From contig NC_043002.1 in the NCBI RefSeq assembly GCF_006345805.1, positions 114,762,001 through 114,826,000 on the forward strand: a DNA stretch of 64,000 bases, written 5' to 3'. Source of the DNA: Octopus sinensis (Eukaryota). Below are positions 26,686 through 38,430 of the stretch, piece by piece (positions within the stretch are counted from its first letter, which is position 1; the number at the start of each line of letters is the position of its first letter). The notes under the pieces are model-generated. The model was not told the origin of the DNA and searched no databases. It saw only the letters and a list, made by a program, of their open reading frames with translations. The translations under genes were made by a program, and so were the position numbers.

Positions 26686-26848
26686 CTACGGGCTTCTTTT
26701 AGTTTCCGTCTACCAAATCCACTCACAAGACTTTGGTCGGCCCGAGGCTATAGTAGAAGACACTTGCCCAAAGTGCCACGCAGTGGGACTGAACCCGGAA
26801 CCATGTGGTTGGCAAGCAAGCTATTTACCACACAGCCACGCCTACGCC
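26428..26848 (-). mobile_element. SINE family A, full length
   Basis: Reverse complement of the 12969-13375 type copy. Confidence 0.9.
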
Positions 26849-28454
26849 TATAAGTAAAATATTTTTCTACATGCCCACATGTATACGATAGATGTATCCA
26901 CTGTGTTTTGCATTCACGAATCTGTGCAACCATAAGAATATATAGGCTGGAATTGCAGTTCTTAATTTTTTTCTAAAAATCTCAGCGTTGTGTTTTTGAT
27001 GCAGTTGTTTTGTTTTATTAGCTATTTATTGAAATTTGACATACATACCCAGAACATACGTAATTATAAATAGACTTTCCCTATCAGTTGATGGAAGAAA
27101 TTCTTGCTGCGTTTGAGTTAATGTATGTGAAGTGGATGGTGCTGAAATGTGTCTTGAAATGAAGGTCATTTGTCAGAAAGATATAGATGAGGCCATATGT
27201 AAGTAGAGGGAGAGGGTTCTCAACATATGGTCACCATTAGAGTGTCAAACCCTTCCATTTAACGTATTTCACGAAAGCACTGTTATCAAAAAGATTAATT
27301 TGAGAATAAAATACTGGAACTATAAATATCCAGTTGCAAATATATAGTAAAATCATAAAAATAACAATTTCTGGCTAAGTTAAAACAGAGATATTTGTAC
27401 AATAATTTTGTAATATAAAAATACAAACCAATAGCGACAGCATTGTAACAACGCTCTTTGCAATTAATATCGATTTTCGGCCTCGGTTTTTTTGTCTTAT
27501 CTCTCATAAATGTTACATTGACATATTAAGCTTTAATGAGAAATTAAAGTTAGTTAAAATTGAGTATGCTCAGTGCTGATACTCAGGAACTTACTATGTT
27601 AAATGTTCGTTTTCTGTATCCCATTTGCAGGTTACAAATAAATAAATAAATAAATAGTCGTAATTAAAAACAATGGAATTCTATTCGGTTTCATTGTTCC
27701 AGCATTTGATGCGCTTTTGCTGTCTTTTTCCGTCTTTATTGGCAGTCTTGTTACCGCCGCCATGTTCGACAGGAAGTATCCTTGATATACGTTTCTTTAT
27801 TGAGCGTCCATGTAAAAAGAATATATTTCTCCTATTAATGAATGCCTGTACGATGCATAGCATATTTATATAAATATGGCTGTCAGTGAGCAGTTGTCTT
27901 ATGATTTATTGACCTCCAAAACATTTCCACGGTTGAAATGATAAAACATTGTTTCTGCCTCTAAACTGAGTTTATGGAACAAAGATCTACAGTTAGGTCA
28001 ACCGATCGATAGATATGAGGCTACGTCGATACATAGCTAAATAGATTTACATATTTGCTTGTATTTGATTGCTAAAGACATATTGTCATCTTGTAGTTTA
28101 CAACAATCATAACCCAATTAAAACGTATGCATATTTTGTGTTATATATAATTAGTTAGCTATTCATCTTGACGAATATTACGGAAAATATGTTGACAGAA
28201 ATACGACATAGAATATGTATGACACAACAACATTGATGGTCAGGCGGTGAAGTGGGGGACGAATACAGACACACACACACATGTATGTATGTGGGTATGT
28301 ATGTATGTATATATATATATACGACGGTCTACTTTCAGTCATATACCAACAGAGCTGAGCTGTTATCTTTTACCTTTTACAGAGAACATTATTTTAATGC
28401 TGCTGGTCAGCTTTCGACAAATCAATTTTTCCACTCGAAATTGACATTTGTGTT

Positions 28455-28493
<39 letters not shown>

Positions 28494-28506
28494 TTTGTGT
28501 GTGTGT

Positions 28507-28543
<37 letters not shown>

Positions 28544-30830
28544 ATGTGTGTGTGTGTGTGTTTACAACCTGGTTGAAGTTTTTACTCGCTGCATTCCTTT
28601 AAGAAGGATATGAACAACCAACTAGAAAATGGGGAATTTCGGTTTATGAAACTAATAATTATTGAATACTCTCATGACAAGACTTCTTCACGTGGCCTGA
28701 TATATGTGAGTGTATACGCTTACAAACACACTATATGTATGGACATAAAATGATATATATGCATATATACATCAATCGTGCAAAATTGATCCGATCATAA
28801 CTTGCACTTTATACACAACAAAATACTTACAATAGCGTATCCACACGCAGACTCACACGCACTCTTTCTCCCCCTCTCTCTTTTTTTTGCCTCTCTCTAT
28901 TTGTTAGGTACAATATAAAGAAAGATGCCCAAAGAGAGGTTTCAGGCTTATGATGTATGTATATCCTCTCGCTTGTTTGTGAATGGTTGTCAAACGAATT
29001 AGATGCTTATCATCTTATTTAACTGTGGATTCCTTATGTCTATACACCACATTTCTCGACAGAGATCTTCTGTAGTACACAGAACGATTGAATGTTTAGT
29101 TGGAAAATCTTTAATCCATCAGTCCTCCTCCAACAGCGAGAATGTCAAAGTGAACGTTAGTAACAATGACTTTCACCTGTCAAGAGTTCATTACATTCTT
29201 ATATGCAGAAATACATGGACGAAAATGAAATGACTACATCCTTACATGGGCGAACATAATGTAACCATATATAGCCAAAAATTATATTCGTATTCATAGA
29301 AGAATTGAGAATACAGAATCAGCAATCTATCAATAGGTTCGAAAGTGATAAATCCCAAAACACATTCAGCTGTCGGGACATCATTGAGGACTCAATGTAA
29401 TATATGCCTAGAAAGATAAACTGTAGGATCCCATCACCTCTGAATCTACACTGTAAGAAGAGTTATGCGGTTTTACAATGCTTTTGTTGCTTATTAACAG
29501 CGTGCTGCATCTTTCTGTGACATCTGTTAACAGTACCAACGAAGCGACAGGTTGCTGGGGTATCACACACTACATTGTGAGAAGATTTTATAGTCAACAG
29601 ACGAAGACAATACATGTGACTAACACTCAAGATAATAACAAATATGAACGTCTTCCAAGTCCTACTTCGAAGTGCTTCCTTGATTATAAAAAAAATCACT
29701 ACAATGATGGTAATTTCAATTGCTTGATAAAATGTACCGCTATTGAGCATCGACATCTCAGCACCTTGAACGGTTATCTTGACATAGCGCAGGTGACTGT
29801 GTTCAAAATGTCGGCTAGTAGTCTGAGTGTAACTGATTCCGCAGCATCTCTTATGGCGACGTATACATATCCCAATACGTACATTGTATTAACAATTGTG
29901 TTAACAATTGTATTAACAAAAACGTGCCTTAGTTAATACTACTAGATGCTACTTATTGAAAAGCTAAAGTTAATTTTAAAACTTACGACAGTGAATTGCT
30001 ATTCATATCGACGTAATTTTCATGTACAGCTCTTCAACAGCTTTATCTCGTGTGTGCGATGTGTTTGGGCAACGAAGACACATACACTCACTACACACAG
30101 GGACTATCTCGCACATACACACAGAGACTCGCTTACACGCATTTGGATTCGCTCTCTATCTTTCTATCTGTCACTATTTCTCTTTCTCTCTTTTTCCCCT
30201 CCCTCTCTGTCTCTCACTCACTCACTCCCTCCCTCCCTCTCTCCCTCCCTTTCTCCCTCAAACTATCTCGCACACTTGTACTTTCTGTTTAAATGTTTAT
30301 CAGACACCTTATACAGATGTATGAACTTTAGTATCTTTGTACTGGAAAAATATATGCGCGTGCGCGTATACGTACATATACCTACAGATACATATGTGAG
30401 CACATATATACATAAATATGTACATACATATGTGTGTGTGTGTATATATATATATGTATATATACACATACACATATATATTGTAACACTATAGGTTTGT
30501 TTTAACGTGCTAGAAGAGAAGGTTTGTTTATAATCACTCTGAAAGAAAATCAGAAAATATAAACAAAACAGAAGCAATAGAAGCGACTACATTATTCGGA
30601 TGAGGACCCTATCATGTTGTCTTTAGCTTTCCGGGTTTATTGTGCTTGCCACCAGAGTAAGCTTTCGTGTCATAGGGCTTATTAAACAAACTGCTAAGTT
30701 TGAACACGCGTACGTAGGTATATGCCATATTTGCATACATACATGAACGTACATACACGCACACATAACCACACACAAAAACTCACAGACTTGAATTTAT
30801 ATCTATATATATATATATATATATATATAG

Positions 30831-30861
<31 letters not shown>

Positions 30862-30954
30862 TATATATACATATATATATATAATGTATATGTATATGAA
30901 TACATATATATAGTATATATATATAACTATATATATATATATATATATACATAC

Positions 30955-30985
<31 letters not shown>

Positions 30986-31908
30986 AATATGTATATATTT
31001 ATAAATATATATATATATATCTACATATACATATGCATATATATATACATACATAACATAAATAAATACACACGCGCACGCGTATGCGAACACCCACATG
31101 ATTATATATGAATATGCAAACGTGCAAATACAAATATATATATATGTATTTGTAATATGACATAGAAGTTGGTCAACTACTAGGTCATTTGGTTAGTAGT
31201 TATCGATAAAGCCAGTTAATAATGACTGTTATCAGTTGGTAGTTTTGCTTTAAAGCAAATCACGTGGCTTATTGTAATATTGATATCACACGCTTGTTTT
31301 GACAGCCATCAGAAGAAGCAGCCAGTATTTCTGCCTTAGGGTTAGCCACGCGCTCTTTGGAATAGCATGACTAGTCAAGTAGCTTAGTTTTGTGTTAAAT
31401 CGTGTTGCGAGTTGACACCGTACTTTACTTCAATGATCGGAGAATGAGTCTGTTTTGAAATTGATGACAAGGAAATTTGAGTTATGAGGTTCGGTTGAGA
31501 TAGTCGCAGATTTTTTTGGGAGGAGGGGGATGTTGCACATGATGAATTTCTCGGTGAGGCATAAGGCAGAACTTGGATATGTTTTTGTATGCTGGTGGTC
31601 GGTACATGAGAGCTAGTATGACCTGTACTAATATACACACGCACACACACACACACAAGTATGTATATGTTTGTATATATGTGTATGTCTACATATATTT
31701 TCGTATATATGTGTACATTAGATATATATATCCCTTCCATCGTTCCCCCCTCTCTCTCATTCCTCCTCCTTGACTCTCTCGTTGCTCACATGTGACCAAC
31801 AGTCATTCTTTCTTTTTCGTAGTGCAACTATTTGAACACTATAATACTTACCTATTAGTCTTGAATCATCTAAGAAAAAAAACTCCTCTATCCTTTATAT
31901 ATATATAT

Positions 31909-31963
<55 letters not shown>

Positions 31964-32028
31964 GTGTGTGTGTGGTGTGTGTGTGTGTGTGTGTGCGTGT
32001 ATTTTTTCATAGCGTTTTTCAGATGGCC

Positions 32029-32091
32029 AGATAATCGAAGAGATGGTGTTGTGGATTTTCACTTCGGCATCCGAAACTCAGAGTTTTATCT
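32029..32091 (+). ncRNA. Type-I hammerhead variant (C3U/U4C)
   Basis: AGATAA TCGAAGA GATG..GTG...CAC..CATC C GAAA CTCAGAG TT|TTATCT. It has a perfect 6-bp stem I and the same GAAACTCAGAGT stem III as the 14192 motif. Confidence 0.5.
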
Positions 32092-32178
32092 TGGCTATTG
32101 AATAATTGTCACATATTAATTTACAGATAAAATTCCTCTATTTACATAATATTTTTTCTTTTGTTATCTTACCGTTTT

Positions 32179-32217
<39 letters not shown>

Positions 32218-32769
32218 GCGAGTATGTGTATATAATCTTCAAGAAGATTCAAAACTAATAGGTATGTGTTATTGTGTTCAAATAGTTGCGCCACCAAAAT
32301 TCCATTTTGAACAGCAGTTGAAATTGTGGTTGACTGCCTTGTCCAAAATGGCTAAACGTGGCTTCCCTTTGAGTCGTTAGGTGTAGGTTAAAGAAACCAG
32401 GAAAGGCAAACAATTATGCAAGACATGACAAGGACATTTAATTTAATTTAATTGTAACTGCATTTGATTGGTTCCTTCCACTCTCCTGGACATAATGAAC
32501 CATTCAAATATTTTTGATGGAGAACTTACTTCCACTATCTAACCTATATCTCTCAAAATACCCAACTTACAGAGTCTTCGCACGACACGATGCTCTAATC
32601 GCTGGGATATCCCAAAACAACTGTCAGAGACTATTTTTTTTACTATTTTCACCATTCGTTATGTTGCTAAATTAGATTAAATTAAATTAAATTAAATTAA
32701 CTGTCGCTGTCACGCCCTGCCTAATTGTTTGCCTTTCTTCACCACTTTAACCTATATATATATATAATA

Positions 32770-32811
32770 ACTAGCATTAGAGACCCGTCGTTGCCGGGTC
32801 ATAGTGCTAGT
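32770..32811. mobile_element. Helitron-type 3' terminus (hairpin + CTAG) readable on both strands
   Basis: A-CTAG-CATTAGA-GACCCG-TCGTTGC-CGGGTC-ATAGTG-CTAG-T. Confidence 0.5.
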
Positions 32812-33542
32812 GCATGTATATATGTGTACATATTACATGTACATCTATATATATACATCTACACATAACATATAAAATACAAAGTTATATCTTGATATCG
32901 CTAGTGATTACAATACTCAAAATATATAACAGACTGGAATTGTTAGCCGGTCTCTTGTAATTTTGATCAATTGTATCTTGTCCTCCCTCTTGTATAGAAG
33001 TGTGGCTACAATCCAACCTACCCCTACTTCGGGGGGGTGGGGGGCATTAAAATTTTTTTTCCGGGACGTCCTACGTCCCAGATAGAAAGGTAATAATAAA
33101 ATATTTCCACTTTGCAAGTTCGAGTCGAGTGCTCCCATGATTGTGAAAGGCCTGGTTAGAGGCTCAACCTTTCGAGTTCTTTTACAGAGCTTAGAAATAC
33201 TAAAACACCGCTGCAATAAATGTGTGAATCTGGGCTGGGATTATGTTGAATAAAATGATAATTAACTGGTCCTCCTGTACTTTCATTTACGCAAATCTAG
33301 GGACTTTTCGGCACCCTTTCGTAGTGTTAATAAATGTTAATGCAGTAATAATTAGTAGAATATCCGCTAACAGATCCGCTAACAATCAAAACTTTTTCAC
33401 ATTACAGTGCAGTTTTTTCCCTTATTCCTTCTACCTAGTAATTAACACGTATACACAGGAGGAATATGCTCACGTATTCAGATATATATATATATATTAT
33501 ACATACATATATTTATAAATAATATATTTATATATATATATA

Positions 33543-33947
33543 GGCGTAGGAGTGGCTGTGTGGTAAGTAGCTTGTTTACCAATCACATGGTTCCGGGTTC
33601 AGTCCAACTGCGTGGCAACTTGGGCAAGTGTCTTCCACTATAGCCTCGGGCCGACCAAAGCCTTGTGAGTGGATTTGGTAGACGGAAACTGAAAGAAGCC
33701 CGTCGTATATATGTATATATATATGTGTGTGTGTGTGTTTGTGTGTCTGTCCCCCCAACATCGCTTGACAACCGATGCTGGTGTGTTTACGTCACCGTAA
33801 CTTAGCGGTTCGGCAAAAGAGACCGATAGAATAAGTACTAGGCTTACAAAGAATAAGTCCTGGGGTCGACTTGCTCGACTAAAGGCGGTGCCTCCAGCAT
33901 GGCCAACAGTCAATGAACTGAAAACAAGTAAAAGAGTAAAAAGAGTA
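33543..33947 (+). mobile_element. SINE family A, full length
   Basis: Same structure as 12969-13375. Confidence 0.9.
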
Positions 33948-33949
33948 TA

Positions 33950-33986
<37 letters not shown>

Positions 33987-35692
33987 TTAATAAGGTGAGA
34001 GAATTAGATACTAATTTATATAGTATATCTATTCAACACCAAGTGGCCTAGTGCTCCGAGAAACCTGGATTATTATAATATTTTATAATATTATTTAATA
34101 TTTTTACAAATAAATATAAGAGAGTGGTCACTATATGGCTCACTCTAGCACCAGTTAATCCAAAAGGTTTCACCACAAAAATACATGTTTCCCATGAAAG
34201 CCAGTACGATTGTTAGCTCACACGGAACAGGGCAAATAAAAAATAACAAAATAACAGATTATTTGGGACTTGTTTTCGCTATTAATGAATTAAATGTAAT
34301 TTTACTTACAAAAAAATCCACTTGTAGCTCCTCAGCCAAAACTATCTGGATGAAATCCACTCAATCACACGCCAGATTTTACCATAACGATAAATACGCG
34401 TGTGGTTCAATTTGATTCATCCGACGTTCTAATTTCAAATGCCCCAACTAACAGCGCGCCAAACTTTCACGGAAAACAAATACAGCATTTAGAAATAAAT
34501 GCAGTGAGCCATATAGTGACCCACTCTCTTATATTTATTTATTATATATAATATATATATATATATATGCATACATATGCATATATGTGTACAGCACGCC
34601 ACCAATAGTAAACAGCAGGAAATACGAAAATAAATGACTGCAAAACGCAAACAACGAGAGAAACAAATGGAAAACAGGACAGTGGAGACAGACAAAGAAA
34701 GGGAATACGGAGGGTCGCTAGACCAGAACGAGGCTAAGACAGCAAACGCTGGAGAAATATTGTTTTTGAAAAGAGAAAAGATAGAAGAGAGATATAGAAT
34801 ACGTCCAATCCTTGGGACAGTCCTGAAGGAAAAGAACGATGACAACGTGTGGAAAAGAAATACGGACGATGATCCCGTGTGATCAACGATAGAGAGAAAA
34901 AGAGAAAGAGGTGAAGAGAGAGAGAGACATAGAAAATGGTGAAGGGGAAAAAAGGGAATTAGAGAAGGATGGGGGAGAAAATTAATTTGGATCGGGGGTG
35001 AGGGGCAAAATAAGACATCCCAACTATTTATTTCAATCAGGAATCGATGAAACTCTGGCCACAGTTCTTTCTTGTGTGAAAAAAATGATTATTAACAAAA
35101 AAATATTAACAAAAAGAAGAAGATATACTCTTCCTATTTCTTTTCAAATCTTTTCAAGTCTTTGGTAATAATTGTTGTTTGATAATCTAAGAGCTGCAGT
35201 AACACCGTAGTAATATTATGCAGTTTTTCGCATATATTATAAACTATAGAATTTCATCCACATATTTTGTTGGCATTCGCTTTTAACTTAATTCATATAC
35301 ATTTAGTGGAAACTAAAGAATTTTAGTCTCAATTATCAATGTGTTTTCGAAAATCATGCAGAGTTTGACGTCAAACACATACCATACTCACACACACACA
35401 CACACACAACCCACACACACTTGCTGGCCTTGTGCCAAAATTTGAAACCAATATTGAATATAAAACACAGCTTATTTTGCTCAATGAAATACACCGAACA
35501 AATATTTCACGCATTCCGAAATCTGTGTTTATATGTATATGTTACACACCACCAACAACAATACACACACGCACACATGCATATATGGAAATACGAACAC
35601 AGTTATATAGACATATGTATATATATATATATATATATACACACAAATACACATACATTTATATATACATGTGTGGGTGGGTGATTTTTATG

Positions 35693-35728
<36 letters not shown>

Positions 35729-36152
35729 GACATACACATACACATGCACACATAAATAAATACACATATTTAGGTGACACATTCCTTGATATCGTCTTTG
35801 ATGAAAAAATGTCTTCAAAATAGCTACGAGCAAAATAAACAGGAACTGCGCTATGAAATTTAGCAAAATGTTTAAACGGACGCTGTTTATGTTTAGTAAC
35901 ACGTGTAAGTAAAACTCTTCAACTATTCTCTAAACAAGGTATACCATAAATATGCCTCTTACAAAATTACATCAAACTTTAAGAAAAACAAGATCCAACA
36001 ATCCAATTTTAGTCACATGATATGCATAAGTTTGGCAAACGGTGTTGGTGTGTTTATGTCCTCGTAACCTCGCGGTTTATCAATGAGACCGATATAATAA
36101 GTACTAGGCTTAATAATAAGTACTGGGTTCCATTAATTTGACTAAGAAGTTC

Positions 36153-36203
<51 letters not shown>

Positions 36204-36561
36204 ATATATGTACATATATAATATACATACATATATATACAACTAATATAGGAAAAAATTTTATCAATGGCCAGCACATTGTCCATAACCATATAATTTA
36301 TCACAATAAGCACGTTACTCGAAGAAATCCGACAGAAATTTCTAAAAAATTCCGTTATTACCATATCGGACCCGGTTTCAGAGTTAGTTCATATGAACCT
36401 TACCACACAGCCACGCCTGCGCCTACATATACATATATATATATATAGGGCAATAACTATATATATATATATCATAAAAAATAAATATATATATATATAC
36501 ATATCATAAATAAGGGCAATATGGGTATGAGTAAGTATCTCATTTATTTCTTTTGCCACAT

Positions 36562-36616
36562 GTATCACTGACGAAGGGAGGGCTGTTATAAGCTAACCCT
36601 GAAATCGGTCCGTATT
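36562..36616 (+). ncRNA. Type-I hammerhead motif with weakened stem I in a PLE-like repeat
   Basis: CTGACGA AGGG...CCCT GAAA TCGG TC. A diverged inverted homolog of the region lies at ~36316-36395 (GAAACCGGGTC on the minus strand). Confidence 0.55.
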
Positions 36617-37568
36617 GGTAATAATGGAATTTTTTAGAAATTTCTGTCGACCTTTTTTCGAGTAGCGTGCGGATTGTGAAAAAATTAATGGTCAATGGAC
36701 AATATGTCCAATTTTTCGGCATATCTGGCATTAGAAATTTTTTCGTTTGCCCTTATTTATGATATGATTTGTTTATGAATTTAACCTTTAAAGGTATCTT
36801 TTAATATGCTGGCCATTGATAGAATTTTTTTTGGAAAATAATTTTTTTCGAAAAAAAATTTAACCTACATTATATATATATATATATGTATATGTAAAAA
36901 AATACAAACTGGGACAAGAACGCAAAACATTTAGAAGACGATACAAAAAACACGGACGGGACATTTGAAGCCTTCAATCTTCAGTCAAGAACCGGATCAT
37001 CCTCGCAATTTCGGCTGATTAATCTTGAGATTGCTCCGATCCGGCCAGCCCCAAGGAAAAACTAAGCTACAAGCATTAGATTTCTTGGAAAAATGATCGA
37101 ATGTATACGAAACAAGGACAGAAAAACGGACGATGCCACACGAATATAAACAAAAAACAATAATAGTAAAAGCAGGACAAAAACAGCTGTTTAGCTGGCG
37201 TATTTGGAAAAAATGCCTTTTTCGGCGAAGAAAACGATGTTCTCGTGGAGGTGGTCAGAAGCCGAAAGGCTGGTTGACCAGCGGTCACGTGAGAGGAGAA
37301 GAGAGAGAAAAAAAGAGGTCAAAGAAATCAAAGAGAGAGAGAAAAAGAGGGACAAAGGCACCAAAGGGGGGAGAAGAGAGAGAAAGAAGGAATTAAAGAG
37401 GGGAGAGGAAAGAGAGCGTGCCAAGGATTGGCTTGTTGACAAAATCAGTGAGGTGCAAAGTGAGAAAGACAGAGCCATGTGAGAGAGTGGGGGAAGAGGA
37501 GACCAAAGAATCAGGGTTACTCTTTTACTCTTTTACTTGTTTCAGCTGTTTGACTGCGGCCATGCAGT

Positions 37569-37659
<91 letters not shown>

Positions 37660-37692
37660 TTATCAAAATAAAAACATGATGCAAAGGATTTA

Positions 37693-37780
37693 GCGGTACA
37701 TATGTTTCTGGCTTTTATTAGACGGTTTATATCAATGCATAATTGATGTAATTTGTATGTCAATAGCCTTCTTCAGCCGC
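37693..37780 (-). ncRNA. Type-I hammerhead ribozyme with extended stem II
   Basis: Minus strand: GCGG CTGAAGA AGGCT...AGCCA GAAA CATATG TA|CCGC. Stem I is 4 bp and the stem III region is the palindrome ACAUAUGU. Confidence 0.65.
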
Positions 37781-37877
37781 GTACAATTACTCCTCCAATG
37801 ACATGTATTACATTATAAGTTTGGGAATGCAAATGATCATAGTCGTGTACACGACTATGAGCATTTGCATTCCCAAA

Positions 37878-37964
37878 CGGCTGAAGAAGGCTATTGACAT
37901 ACAAATTAAATCAATTATGCATTGATATAAACTGTCTAATAAAAGCCAGAAACATATGTACCGC
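37878..37964 (+). ncRNA. Type-I hammerhead ribozyme with extended stem II
   Basis: CGG CTGAAGA AGGCT...AGCCA GAAA CATATG TA|CCG. Cleavage is predicted after 37960. Confidence 0.6.
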
Positions 37965-38065
37965 TAAATCCTTTGCATCAAGTTTTTATTTTGATAATAT
38001 ATTTTCTATCACCTACACCACTAAATGGCATATACAGGTGGTTACAATTATCAAGTATCACCCTG

Positions 38066-38069
<4 letters not shown>

Positions 38070-38112
<43 letters not shown>

Positions 38113-38121
38113 TATACATAC

Positions 38122-38178
<57 letters not shown>

Positions 38179-38310
38179 TATGTATGTATATATATGATAT
38201 ATATAATATATAATATATATATATTATATATATATATTGTATATATATTATATATATATTATATATAATTTATGTATATATATATATATGTATGTATATA
38301 TATATGTATG

Positions 38311-38342
<32 letters not shown>

Positions 38343-38430
38343 ATATAGATATATGTATGATATATATATGATATATATTCTATATATATAATATATGTAT
38401 GTATATATATATATATATATCTGTTATACA
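38070..38430. repeat. Degenerate (TA)n array
   Basis: Direct reading. Confidence 0.9.

Larger units (their letters stand above)
37660..37997. repeat. 338-bp near-perfect palindrome (PLE-like fold-back) flanked by (TA)n-rich sequence
   Basis: 120-bp arms 37660-37779 and 37878-37997 with 3 mismatches, a central 60-bp palindrome 37819-37878 with 1 mismatch, and a 39-nt one-sided insert 37780-37818. Confidence 0.95.

Noticed and set aside
27089-27200. Exon-like segment (ttccctatcag ... AT|GTAAGT)
   Set aside because: All three frames contain stops.
30597-30690. CGGATGAGG-ACCCTAT...ATAGGG hammerhead-like start
   Set aside because: GAAA and the cleavage triplet are absent.
36950-37080. CTGAAGA and GCCGAAA motifs on the minus strand of a PLE-like repeat
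   Set aside because: The motifs cannot be assembled into one hammerhead topology.
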